DNA from: Octopus sinensis
Taxonomy: Eukaryota
NCBI RefSeq assembly: GCF_006345805.1
Contig: NC_043001.1
Coordinates: 47,182,001 to 47,246,000, forward strand
Direction: 5' to 3'
Length of the DNA stretch: 64,000 nucleotides
The translations under genes and the position numbers were made by a program. This document shows positions 27,194 through 39,755 of this stretch, piece after piece. Numbering within the stretch: the first letter of the stretch is position 1; each line of letters opens with the position of its first letter. The notes below the pieces were generated by a model, which did no database searches, was not told where the DNA came from, and saw only the letters and a list, made by a program, of their open reading frames with translations.

Positions 27194-28203
27194 ATGACAA
27201 AGTTGACAACTCAACAACACCGAGTGATTTTCTTGTACGAATACAAGTTGGGTCACTCTGTCACCGAAGCTCTACGAAACATCAAGTGGGCTTTTGGTAA
27301 CGATTCTGTTGACGTTAGAACTGTTCAGAGATGGTTCGTTCAGAAAATGAAAGCCTTAAAAATGAACCAAGTGGGAGACCTAAATCAGTTATTCGGCATG
27401 ATGAATTGAATGCTTTGGTTAAACGAAATCCGAGAATAACGGTCCCAAAAATCGGATCAGAGCCCCAGACATCTCCCGCAACTGCTTCTCGACACTTGAA
27501 GAAAATTAGAAAAAGTCAAAGAGATGGGTAGGTTTGTTCCCCATCAACTTAATGAGATTCACAGAAACAGACGCCTTACAGCGTGTTCCATGCTTATTTC
27601 TCGGTTGGAAAGCGAACCATTTTTGTATCGACTCATTACGTGTGATAAGAAATGGATACTCTTTGATAACAATAGGGGGACAGGACAGTGGTTAGATGCA
27701 GGAGAGTTACCAAAACACCCAAAGCCACCATTGCATCCTAAAAAGTTGATGGTCACTGTATGGTGGTCAACAAAGGGGTTTATTCATTATTCATTTTTGC
27801 AACAAGGAAAAACTGTAACAGCAACATCATATTGCCAGGAAATTGATTGTATGCATGAAAAATTAAAAAAATAAGCAACGCAAATTAACGAACAGGGATG
27901 GCCCAATTTTGCTTCATGAAATTACACGGCCTCACACTTTTCAAGCTACGGTTGCAAGGCCTGAATTATGAAATTTTGGCACATCATCCTTATTCTCTTG
28001 ATATCTCTCCTACTGATTATCCCAAATTTAAACACTTCGGGCTTGCTATACGCAATAAAACAATCTTAAATAAAGCAGAGGTAATTGAAACATTCGCCCA
28101 GTTTATCAGTGTAAAAGATGGCAGATTCTTTGAAGATGGAATATATGTCTTAGAGGAACGTCGGATGAAAGTCATAAATGAACAAGGATCATATTTTGAT
28201 TAA
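27194..28203 (+). pseudogene. Mariner transposase pseudogene (frameshifted)
   Basis: Four ORF pieces: RVIFLYEYKLGH (HTH), FVPHQL (WVPHEL motif), TCDKKW, HPKKLMVTVWW and HHPYSLDISPTDY (YSPDL motif). Confidence 0.92.
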
Positions 28204-28263
28204 ATAAATAAATATTCTAAAACTTAAAATACAATTTAAATTTTCTACTCGTTCAAAGCGTGC

Positions 28264-28334
28264 GCATCGGTGGTTCAGTGGTAGAATGCTCGCCTGCCAC
28301 GCGGGCGGCCCGGGTTCGATTCCCGGCCGATGCA
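28264..28334 (+). tRNA. tRNA-Gly-GCC: tRNA-Gly(GCC), intact, inside mariner
   Basis: Identical 71-mer; T6 terminator downstream. Confidence 0.97.
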
Positions 28335-29473
28335 AATTAATTTTTTAAAGTAATTTTATTTTTTCCTTTATTCGTATTTGTTTCAAATGCGACGTTTCAT
28401 GTGAGACAACCTAATATTTCATATAAACCTGTTTGTAATGTCGTTTAGTAAATGATAGAAGTCAATGGTTGGATGACAAAATCAGAATAACGATGGAGAA
28501 AATCCCTCGCAGTATTTAGGCACCTTCCTTTATGTTATGAATTCAATCCCTACTGGTGGTATGTTTTTTTCTTTTTTGATAGGTGGTCCTTCTATATCAG
28601 ATATGAGCAAACTTTTTCGAGAAGCAGACTACATTAGACATATCAAGACATATCAAGCGGAGAGCACTACAAAATATATGCGAAGTAAATTTTGGTTAGG
28701 CGTACTTTTCAGAAACTCCTGTGGGCCGCAGTTTGCTCATTACTGTTCTATATGGTCGCTCGATTTGTTAGAAATAGCAGCCACATTCCCCAGTCCAGAT
28801 TAGATTGGCTGAAAATTGGAAGGTCATGGATGAAACGTCTTTAAAGTATGCCTGCTTGACGAGAGCTAATCCGGGGTTAAAGAATAGAAATAATAGCAAC
28901 AAGTAGTTTCTGATCGTGTGAAATAGTTAAAGCTGCAAAGAAATTTATATAAGATTTAAAAAAAAAAAGAGTTACCTCCCTTGTTTCGTATTAGCCGTTG
29001 TCTCGAGGCATTTCCGAAACAAGAGACTGGAATGGATTGACTTGAGGGTTAAATAACTGCAGCAACAACTATTACAAGAATCGAAGTATATTCAGAGATG
29101 CAGCAAATATAAGGAAAAATTATTTCATATATATATATGTATGTGTAAGCATGTTATGTTTATGCTTACCTAAGCGTGTACGGACTTTTACTGGCTGCTG
29201 AAACACATGCGTTTGCAAATAAAGTGAGCGTACATTTAAATTTCTGCGTATATCTATTGTATACGTGTGAGTATGTATGTTAATATATTGATATCTGGTT
29301 ACACGTTAAAACTGGAACTACAATGAACAGAAGCAGAACAACGTTTCAGAATGGAATAGGAACCTGTTAATAGACAGTCATTAACAATAATAATAATAAT
29401 AATAAAAAAAAAATCCCACAAATTTTTTCATATACTATATATATAGATAATTTTTTACCCCTCTGAAGCGTGC

Positions 29474-29544
29474 GCATCGGTGGTTCAGTGGTAGAATGCT
29501 CGCCTGCCACGCGGGCGGCCCGGGTTCGATTCCCGGCCGATGCA
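29474..29544 (+). tRNA. tRNA-Gly-GCC: tRNA-Gly(GCC), intact
   Basis: Identical 71-mer; T6 terminator. Confidence 0.97.
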
Positions 29545-29610
29545 ACTTACTTTTTTAAAGTAATTTTATATTTTCCTTTATTTGTATTTGTTTTTTTCAA
29601 GTAAGCGTGT

Positions 29611-29681
29611 GCATCGGTGGTTCAGTGGTAGAATGCTCGCCTGCCACGCGGGCGGCCCGGGTTCGATTCCCGGCCGATGCA
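29611..29681 (+). tRNA. tRNA-Gly-GCC: tRNA-Gly(GCC), intact; second copy of a 137-bp tandem pair
   Basis: Identical 71-mer; T6 terminator. Confidence 0.97.
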
Positions 29682-30077
29682 ACTTAATTTTTTAAAGTAA
29701 TTTTATTTTTTCCTTTATTTGTATTTGTTTGTTTCAAGTATAGGTACAATCCTTTATATTGATTTTTGTTGTTTTGCATCTTAGGTAGGAAGGACTGTGT
29801 CCATGACATTATTTTCGGGGCCTTTGAGATCTTACGGGAAAAAAGTTGGATGCGAAGAGCACGTACTGAAAATGGAATCGTAGTACGACTTTTTGCAAAT
29901 GTGTGGATTTTGATGAAACCACGACAAGGACTCGGTGTTTATATTAATCAGGGTGACAGAGCCTGTCCATCGTAAAAAACCCCCCAAAAAACAGAAGTCA
30001 AAGACGAGGAATGAAGACAAAAATACTTCCATTCTGCTTTCTACCAATTCCGTTAATCTATCTTTGTGAATTCTTTT

Positions 30078-30256
30078 ATCTTTTACTTGTTTCAGTCATT
30101 AAACTGTGGCCATGCTGGGGCACCGCCATGAAGAATTTTAGTCGAGCGAATCGACCCCAGTACTTACGTTTTTTAAGCCTGGTGCTTTGTCGAACTATTA
30201 AGTTTCGGGGACATAAACAAACTAATATCGGTTGTGAAGCGATGTTGAGAGGACAA

Positions 30257-30296
<40 letters not shown>

Positions 30297-30462
30297 GCAA
30301 CCTGTTTTTTTCGGTTTCTGTCTATGAAATCCGTTCACAAAGTTTTGGTCGGCCAGTGGCTATAGTAAAAAAAAAAAAAAAAGACACTTGATCAGGGTGC
30401 AACACAGTGGGATTAAAACCCCGAACCATTTGGTTGGAAAACAAAGTTTTTACCACACAGCT
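30078..30462 (-). mobile_element. Family A SINE
   Basis: Reverse-complement match to 2247-2660. Confidence 0.75.
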
Positions 30463-31015
30463 ACGTCTGGTACATTATTTCATTGATCCCTAAACGAGGA
30501 AAGACAAAGTTGACCACAGTCGGATTTGAACTCAGATTACAGAGAGTAGGAACAAATGCTACAAGGAATTTTAGGCCATCATCTGACGGCTTTATCGATT
30601 CGTTGCCCTTTCTTTTTTGTTTGTGAGCTTCAGTCGATTATGTCGATCTTAATTCTTGACCAGTAGTTTACTTTCTTTTACGACACTCCGACAGATGAAA
30701 AGCAAAGTCAACCTCGACAACTTCAAATTGACTTGAACACAAAACGTAAAACGCCGATATTAAATACTGCAAGTCTTTTCATTCAATACTTCACCGATTC
30801 TACCTCATTCCATTAAACGACACCCTATTATTTGCCGAGGAAACGCATTCCTGATTGAGCTGTAGAACACTTAGAAATCTATCATAATCTGGTTCAGGAC
30901 GTAGTTAAAAGAGTTTACGACCTTTTTTCTTTCTTTTTTCTTTCTGACTAGAACAAAAGATTTTGACTATGGTGTTTGCAGACCTCCAAAACTGATACCA
31001 TTGATGTCATTAATG

Positions 31016-31677
31016 CAGTGGTTCACGACCGGTGTCCATATGGCTCTTGAAGGTCCATTTAAGATTTTGTTGGTAAAAATTATGAGCAATAAATTGGTTA
31101 TACTTCCACAGTTGGAAGCACTCCGTCGGTTACGACGACGAGGGTTCCGGTTGATCCGATCAACGGAACAACCTGCTCGTGAAATTAACGTGTAAGTGGC
31201 TGAGCACTCCATATACACGTGCACCCTTAACGTAGTTCTCGGGGATATTCAGCGTGACACAGAGAGTGACAAGGCCGGCCCTTTGAAATACAGGTACAAC
31301 AGAAACAGGAAGTAAGAGAAAGTTGTGGTGAAAGAGTACAGCAGGGATCACCACCATCCCGGCCGGAGCCTCGTGGAACTTTTAGGTGTTTTCGCTCAAT
31401 AAACACTCACAACGCCCGGTCTGGGAATCGAAACCGCGATCCTACGACCGCGAGTCCGTTGCCCTAACCACTGGGCCATTGCGCCTCCACACTTCCACAG
31501 TACACAAAATATTTTAACAATTTTTTTAAATACAATTCCTAATAATATTTAATTATAAAAATATAATGTGATTTTTTAAAACAGTGAATGGCTTGGAGGA
31601 TTCACCCGAGTAAAAGAGGAATCAAAGGAGTCCACAGGTAAAAAAAAAAAACAAACAAAAATGGTTGAGAACCACTG
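31016..31677. mobile_element. hAT-type MITE with nested SINE
   Basis: Termini CAGTGGTT... / ...AACCACTG; perfect TSD CATTAATG (31008-31015/31678-31685). Confidence 0.85.
31112..31490 (-). mobile_element. tRNA-derived SINE, family C
   Basis: Perfect 10-bp TSD ACTTCCACAG (31102-31111/31491-31500); same family as 39383-39755. Confidence 0.9.
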
Positions 31678-31894
31678 CATTAATGCATCGATAATGTTCT
31701 CGTAAGATTGGTAAGTTTGATGCTGTTAATGTTCCACTTAATATTCTCCCAAGACTTTCTGATTAGAATACAAGGTTTGTGACCATGATGTTTGCAGACC
31801 TCCAAGACTGTTAAAATCGATGTCATTAATGTATCGATAATGTTCTCTTTAGATTAATGCGACATTTGCTCTTGATGTACCTCTTAATATTCTC

Positions 31895-32510
31895 CCAAGA
31901 AAAGACGGCGAGCTGGCAGAATCGTTTGCACGCCGGGCGAAATGCGTAGCCGTATTTCGTCTGCCGTTGCGTTCTGAGTTCAAATTCCGCCGAGGTCAAT
32001 TTTGCCTTTCATCCTTTCGGGGTCGATTAAATAAGTACCAGTTACGCACTGGGGTCGATGTAATCGACTTAATACCTATGTCTGTCCTTGTTTGTCCACT
32101 CTATGTTTAGCCCCTTGTGGGTAATAAAGAAATAGGTATTTCGTCGAGGTTGACTTTATCTTTCATCTCTTTCGGGGTATATAATAAGTGCCAGTTGAGC
32201 ACTGGAGATCTACGAAATCGACTACCCACTTCCCCCAAAATTGCTGACCGTGTACCAAAATTTGAAACCAATATTCTCTCAAGACAAAACAGCTAGCTGG
32301 AAGAATCGTTAGACGCCGGGCAGAATGCCCAGCGGCATTTCGTCAGTCATTACGTTCCGAGTTCAAATTCCGCCGATGTTGACTTTGCCTTCAATTCCTT
32401 TCGGGGTCGATGAAATATGTACCAGCTGAGATTGGGGATCAACGAAATCGACTTAGCTCTCCACCAAAACTACTGACGTTGTGCCAGAATTTGAAACTAA
32501 TAATTTCAAG
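31895..32510 (+). mobile_element. Run of family B SINE copies
   Basis: Repeated core; boundaries approximate. Confidence 0.75.
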
Positions 32511-33802
32511 ACTGCGACTGCAGGGAGAAACCAAATGCTGAGAAGGAATTCCAATGAATTCCTGAATTCCTTCTTAGCGTTCTAGAAAGTGTAGCAAGTC
32601 ATAAAAGGCGGCAATATGACGTAATGGTCATTTGACCGAACAAGCATAATTGTTGGTAATCCCATTGGTTAAAATTACTCCCCATATACGAATTCTAAAC
32701 TTTCGTCAAAGAAATGTTTCACGAAATACGGTTCTTAGAATTCGGATATGAGCAGTTACCCTGAATTTTGGGTAATTACTCAGTGTTCGTTGGGTTGTTA
32801 CTAAACTCCACGACACTCACAATAGTGTTCGTTGGATTGTTACTAAACTCCACGACACTCAATGATTGAGATATTGGCTATTTTTTGTGCCATGTCTATG
32901 ATAAAAATCCAACAAGACTTATTTGAATTGTTGTGAACTCTACTAGTTAGTATGAAAGATTAGCTAGTGTGAATTTTAAGTCGTAATTCTCTACGACAAA
33001 ATGACTTTACTTTCCAATTGTACTATAAATGCTAAATGTACATAAATAAAATAATGTAGCAATTATTTTCCCTTTTTTCACGTTCTTCAACTTGTAAGTG
33101 AAATTTATTTCTGCAATTATGAATCTGTGTTTTTTTAATTTTTTATAGCGGTTAAAAGAACACGAATTTGTTAATCTTCAACATACATTCATGCATAAAA
33201 TGTCCGTTAGCGTTTCAGAGTATATATTTCTCGCCATGGCGTTTATGTAACTGGAGTCAGGATTTACGTATAATGATAACACTTATAAGTAAGTTATAAG
33301 TGACGGGTTTATCAATATATATTCCTACTTCAAAAGTAAAATATATTTATTATCTAATTCCAAATAGGAAACATATAAAAGTAGTGTTATACAAACGGTA
33401 ACAAAAGGCGTCTATAAAAAGTGGTAACCGGTTATTAAAAAAAAGGCTTGAATATAATAGTTAATATGGGTTTTGACGTGGTAGTGATGGTGGTGATGGT
33501 GGACGCAATATGGATGATGAGTTAAGGAGACAGATGTGACTCGCAAGTACATAAATGGAAGTGACACGAGAATAGCTAGTTCCAAGGTCCAGAGGAAAAT
33601 GTCGATACGATGGAAGATAGAGGAAAGAGAGAGGGAGAGAGATAGAGAGAAAGAGATAGAGAGAAAGACGTAGAGGCAGCGAAAAAGAAAAAGAGAGATA
33701 CAAAGAGAGAGAAGAAGAGAGAAAGAAAGATAGATAGACAGAGAGAGAAAGGGTGAGAGAGTGAGTGAGAGACTGAGTGAGAGACTGAGTGAGTGTGTGT
33801 GC

Positions 33803-33847
<45 letters not shown>

Positions 33848-34644
33848 CAACACGTTTGTGGGCAAGATGTTAGACTGTCTTGGTGAGATATCACATGCTA
33901 AGCACACAAGTGAAATTTTCTACTTAATGCGGCCTAGCATATCAGTCTGTGTGTGTGTGTGTGATGGCCAATGAAATGCATGTGCATTTGCAAATAATGC
34001 GAGTGTGTACGTAGAATGTGTAGGTTTATATTTCTGTGTATATCTATGTAAGGATATGTTTATGTTAATATGCTAATGTCAGACTATCTGTAAAAGCTGA
34101 AAATATAAACAAGGACCCCACCACCTCCCTCCCAAAAGAAACAAAACAAAAAGCAACCCCTACAAAAAAACACTAGCAAGAAAAACAAAAAAAAAACAAG
34201 AGTTTCAGAATCGATTAGAAATCTGTTAATAAACACTTATACATCCAAACAATAAAAAGAAGAAGAAAAAGGAACAAAGAAACCATTTTTGTTGCTTCTT
34301 GGAACGGTCATTTTGCCAATAAAAACACTCGCACTGGTTTAATTTCACTTTTGTTTATTATTCATCAGTTGGTTGACTATTTAACCACCAAACTGATTGT
34401 TTGATGATCCTCCCGAGATACAACAAAATGTGTTTCAGCAAACGAGTTCACATTAAGAACTATGCAAACAGAACGGAGAAACAAAACTCACCAAAAAGGC
34501 TGTTTGAGTAAGAAATTTGCTATCCAAACCACATACTTCCGGGTTCAGTCCCACTACGTGGCACTTTTGGGTTAGTGTCTTTTATATAGCCTTGGGCCAA
34601 CCAAAGCCTTGTTAGTGGATTTGGTAGACGAAGCCTGTGGTGTA

Positions 34645-34716
<72 letters not shown>

Positions 34717-35061
34717 GTCTATCTATATCTTTTATCTTTTACATGTTTCAGTCATTTCCCCGCGGCCATGCTGGGGCACCGCCTTATGCATATATGTGTC
34801 TGTGTTTGTGTTTGTCCCCCTCGATCGCTTGACAACCGACGTTGGTTTTTCTACATCCCCGTAACTTAGCGGTTCGGCAACGGTAGAATAAATATCAGGC
34901 TTAAAATATGAGTACTGGAGTTGATTTGTTCGACTAAACTCTTCAAGGCCGTGCCCCAGTATAGCCAGAGTCCAAAGACTGAAACAAATAAGATAAAAAA
35001 GTAAAGATACGTACCAAACCTTTTATATATATAGCAAATTATGTCAAGTGCATTCATCTGC

Positions 35062-35132
35062 GCATCGGTGGTTCAGTGGTAGAATGCTCGCCTGCCACGC
35101 GGGCGGCCCGGGTTCGATTCCCGGCCGATGCA
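35062..35132 (+). tRNA. tRNA-Gly-GCC: tRNA-Gly(GCC), intact (unit 1)
   Basis: Identical 71-mer. Confidence 0.97.
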
Positions 35133-35570
35133 ACTTTATTTTTAATTGCATTCTCTTTAGTAGCTTTCTTTTTAAATTAAAAAAAAATGTTTCTTTGCAA
35201 TAGGGTGGATGGGAGGAAGATCAATCGAAGCTGAAATCTTGTTGGGAGACCTCTTACCAACCACTTTTTGTTTTCATGCGTGGACACTTTAGGTCGGCGG
35301 TCTTCGCCTTCCTCTTGGAGAACACTGGCAGCGTGAAGAGGAGCAACATGACTATGTAGGAATCTGCAAGTTTTCCAGAAAAGAAACCTGGTCAAGGCCT
35401 GCATACAGGTGAAGATACCCTGGCCGACGGTGTTACTAGACACCACAGCAAATGCGACAGGATACGAACTAAATACCTGCTCCCCTCATCAAACTTCTCT
35501 CTACCTCTCTTTCTCTTTCTTACTTTCGTTCTTTCTTTCCTTCTTTCTTTCTTTCTTTCTTTCTTTCTCA

Positions 35571-35638
<68 letters not shown>

Positions 35639-36764
35639 ATACAGACACACTCTCTTTGTTTGTCTGCCTGTCTGCCTACCTGCCCGCCCATTTGCCTGTC
35701 TGTCCGTTTTCCTGTCTGCTGTCAGTCCTTTTACCTGTCTTTCTGTCTCTCTCAGACACACGCACTCTTTCTGTGTTTGCCTGTTTGCCCGTTAACCTGT
35801 CCGCTGTCTGCCCGTTTGCCCGTTTGCCTGCGTGTCTGTCTCTCTCTCTCTCTTAGACACACTCTGTGTTTGCCTGATTGCCCGTTTGCCCGTCTGTCTG
35901 TTTATCTCTCTATGTTTGTCTCTCTCAATATAAAAAAAAACTAGTACATAGTGCATGGCTCAGTGTGTAGGTCAATAACAGGACAGTCCGATGAGAGGGC
36001 AGGGGTTCGTGCCTCATTACTAATACGACGGTGTGTCTGTAGTAAAGAACCATTACTATTCTTTTCTACCCTGGGCACAAGACCCGAAATTTTTGGGGAG
36101 GGGGCCAGTCGCTTAGATCAATCTCAGTATGCAACTGGTACTTATTTTATCGACCCCGAAAGAAGGAAAGGTAAAGTCAACCTCGGCAGAATTTGAACTC
36201 AGAACGTAAAGACAGACGAAATACCTATTTCTTTACTACCCACAAGGGGCTAAACACAGATAGGACAAACAAGGACAGACAAACGGATTAAGTCGATTAT
36301 ATCGACCCCAGTGCCTAACTGGTACTTCTTTAATCGACCCCGAACGGATGAAAGGCAAAGTCGACCTCGGCGGAATTTGAACTCAGAACGTAACCGCAGA
36401 CGAAATACCACTAAGCATTTCACCCGACGTGCTAACGTTTCTTATTTCTTTATTGCACACAAGAGGCTAAACATAGAAAGGACAAACAAGGATAGACAAA
36501 CGGATTAAGTCGATTACATCGACCCCAGTGCGTAACTGGTACTTAATTTATCGACACCGAAAGGATGAAACGCAGAGTCAACCTCGGCGGAATTTTGAAC
36601 TCAGAATGCAGCGGCGAACGAAATACCGCTAAGCATTAGGAATGAATATGTACCGCATCGAAATTAAGATGTGATATACCAAACGCCATGCATAGAAAAT
36701 TATAGCCATCTGATTTTAAATACATTGAGTATAATTGTATGAATAGTTAAGCACTTTTATGTAA

Positions 36765-36835
36765 GCATCGATGGTTCAGTGGTAGAATGCTCGCCTGCCA
36801 CGCGTGCGGCCCGTGTTCGATTCCCGGTCGATGCA
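36765..36835 (+). tRNA. Variant tRNA-Gly(GCC), probable pseudogene (unit 1)
   Basis: A7:T66 compensated acceptor pair, but T.T mismatch in the anticodon stem and T.C in the T-stem. Confidence 0.75.
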
Positions 36836-36873
36836 CTGCTTACTTATATTTTCTTTTTTCTTACAACATGTGA

Positions 36874-37212
36874 CGGTGGTTCACTGATAGAATGTTTGCC
36901 TACAAATACAAGCGTCACAGTTTCGTCTCTCTCCATCTGACTTTTTGTTGCAAAACGAGACAACCATATACAAAAATTGTAACCTGTTGATTCGAAGGAG
37001 TTTTAGTATAACAGCTACCACAGTCGCAGACTTATGAGCGGCTCGTGTTCGATTCCCGGTCGATGCAATAATCTTTTTTGAAAGAAAATTTACAATTTCT
37101 CGATAGTCATAAAACAGACCCATGAACATTTATTTTACTAATAACATCTACGCCTTACATGTGGTTTTCCGAGTCAGCATCCGTTGTTCAATTGTAGTAT
37201 GTTCGTTGCCAT
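36874..37212 (+). pseudogene. Three decayed tRNA-Gly relics (36874-36929, 3' half 37036-37067, 5' half 37177-37212); repeated in each complete unit
   Basis: Alignable by eye to the Gly 71-mer, e.g. CGGTGGTTCACTGATAGAATGTTTGCC and GTTCGATTCCCGGTCGATGCA. Confidence 0.8.
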
Positions 37213-37440
37213 AAATGGTTGCAAAACGGATAATATCGTACGTAAGAAAACAAGGGAACGAAATATAAGCTACATTAGTATCGGCAATAGAATAAGTACC
37301 CGGCATAAAAATAAAATACATACTCGGGCCGAGTAGTTGGATTAAAATTCCTCTAGGCAATGCACAAGCATGGCCACAATCATATGACAGAAACGCGTAA
37401 AAGAAAATATAAAAGATAATTTGAAGTCACTCGTTCGTTG

Positions 37441-37511
37441 GCATCGGTGGTTCAGTGGTAGAATTCTCGCCTCCCACGCGAGTGACCCGGGTTCAATTCC
37501 CGGTCGATGCA
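37441..37511 (+). tRNA. tRNA-Gly-CCC: tRNA-Gly(CCC) (unit 1)
   Basis: CTCGC-CT-CCC-AC-GCGAG with fully paired anticodon stem; G7.T66 wobble; intact A/B boxes. Confidence 0.85.
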
Positions 37512-38597
37512 TTAATTTGTTGAATTTTTTTTTTTTGTAATTTGTTTATTTAATATAAATGGTTGGTGAGCTGGCAGAATCGTTTGCTCGTCGGGCAAAA
37601 TGCCTAGCGGACTTTCGTCTGTCTTTATGTTCTCAGTTCAAATTCTGCCGAGGTCGACTTTACCTTTTGTTCTCGATAAATGAAGTACCAGTCAAATACT
37701 AGGGTCGATGTGAATTGACTTACCCACTCCGCCAAAGTTACTCGCCTTGTGCCTAAATTTGAAACCAATGTAGGATGGTCGCAATGGGGATATATTAATA
37801 TTTTCACAAATACTTTACTTCCAGTTTCTGGCTTTCTGGATTTATTGATTGTTGTCATAGATAACAACGAATAAATTGTAATTCAGTTTCGGTTACGCTT
37901 GAAATCATTTCATTTCATAACGACAATATTTTGTGGAAAAAACATGAACACTGGTGTTTATTTATGCTGAAAATGTTGTCCATACTAATGAAAGTCATTA
38001 ACACGGTTCTCCATTTTTAAGAACGTGAATCCTTTAACCTTCATTCTACCATTGTTATACTTGTATCTCAGTATGTGATGGGTCCATCTGAACGTCTTTG
38101 TATTTATTTTACGTTGTTGATATTTTACTTAGGGTATGGACTTAATACAGGATTAAGGATTCAAAAGAGGGCCAGTATATTCCATGATGGATCTATAAAT
38201 GGTTCGTATATCAGTCTTGGTTTTAGTTGTAATTTTCCGAAGAACTTCATGACCTTGGGTAGAAGATTTTGTTCCAGTGTAAGTTGACCAGTAACAAACT
38301 TCTTCCTGGATAGAGTACCAATTTATAACGGACTGTGTTTAATTCCCATTCAGAAAGAAATTAATACATCACCGTATATCAAGGAATTACTTTTCACTTC
38401 TTTAGTGCTGTCACTCCTCAATTATAATTTAAAAAATGTAACGAGATAAGGAAATACATCAAATGGTCCAATGCCATAAATTTGGATAAATATGTTAAGA
38501 AGTGATGTACAGAATATCCGAACTTTTCATTAAATTACGTAGCCTCGGGCCAACCAAAGCCTTGTTACTGGATTTGGTAGACGAAGCCTGTGGTGTA

Positions 38598-38683
<86 letters not shown>

Positions 38684-39022
38684 ATCTTTTAAATTTTACA
38701 TGTTTCGGTCATTTCACCGCGGCCATGCTGGGGCACCGCCTTATACATATGTGTGTCTGTGTTTGTGTTTGACCCCCTCGATCGCTTGACAACCGACGTT
38801 GGTTTCTTTACATCCCCGTAACTTAGCGGTTCGGCAAAACGGTAGAATAAATATCAGGCTTAAAACATGAGTACTGGAGTTGATTTGCTCGACTAAACTC
38901 TTGAAGGCCGTGCCCTTGTATAGCCAGAGTCCAAAGACTGAAACAAATAAGATAAAAAAGTAAAGATACGTACCAAACCTTTTATATATATATAGCAAAT
39001 TATTTCAAGTTAACTCATGTGC

Positions 39023-39093
39023 GCATCGGTGGTTCAGTGGTAGAATGCTCGCCTGCCACGCGGGCGGCCCGGGTTCGATTCCCGGCCGATGCA
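39023..39093 (+). tRNA. tRNA-Gly-GCC: tRNA-Gly(GCC), intact (unit 2)
   Basis: Identical 71-mer. Confidence 0.97.
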
Positions 39094-39382
39094 ACTTTAT
39101 TTTTTTTTTAATTGCATTCTCTTTAATAGCTTTCTTTTTAAATTAAAAAAAAATGTTTCTTTGCAATAGGGTAGATGGGAGGAAGATCAATCGAAGCTGA
39201 AATCTTGTTGGGAGACCTCTTACCAACCACTTTTTGTTTTCATGCGTGGACACTTTAGGTCGGCGGTCTTCGCCTTCCTCTTGGAGAACACTGGCAGCGT
39301 GAAGAGGAGCAACATGAATATGTAGGCACCTGCAAGTCTTCCAGAAAAGAAACCTGGTCAAGGCCTGCATACAGGTGAAGAT

Positions 39383-39755
39383 GTGGAGGCGCAATGGCCC
39401 AGTGGTTTGGGCAGCGGACTCGCGGTCGTAGGATCGCGGTTTCGATTCCCAGACCGGGCGTTGTGAGTGTTTATTGAGCGAAAACACCTAAAGCTCCACG
39501 AGGCTCCGGCAGGGGGTGGTGGCGACCCCTGCTGTACTCTTTCACCACAACATTCTCTCACACTTATTTCCTGTTTCTGTTGTACCTGTATTTCAAAGTC
39601 ACTCTCTGCGTCACGCTGAATATCCCCGAGAACTACGTTAAGGGTACACGTGTCTGTGGAGTGCTCAGCCACTTACACGTTAATTTCACGAGCAGGCTGT
39701 TCCGTTGATCGGATCAACCGTAACCCTCGTCGTCGTAACCGACGGCAGTGCTTCC
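39383..39755 (+). mobile_element. Family C SINE inserted in unit 2 only
   Basis: TSD ACAGGTGAAGAT (39371-39382) / ACAGGGGAAGAT (39756-39767); empty site in the other units. Confidence 0.9.

Larger units (their letters stand above)
27038..28414 (+). mobile_element. Mariner (DD34D-type) transposon, full length, TA TSD, containing a tRNA gene
   Basis: TA|TAAGGTTGTCTCACATGAAATGT (27036-27060) versus the reverse complement of 28392-28416, TA|TTAGGTTGTCTCACATGAAACGT: 2 mismatches in 25. Confidence 0.92.
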
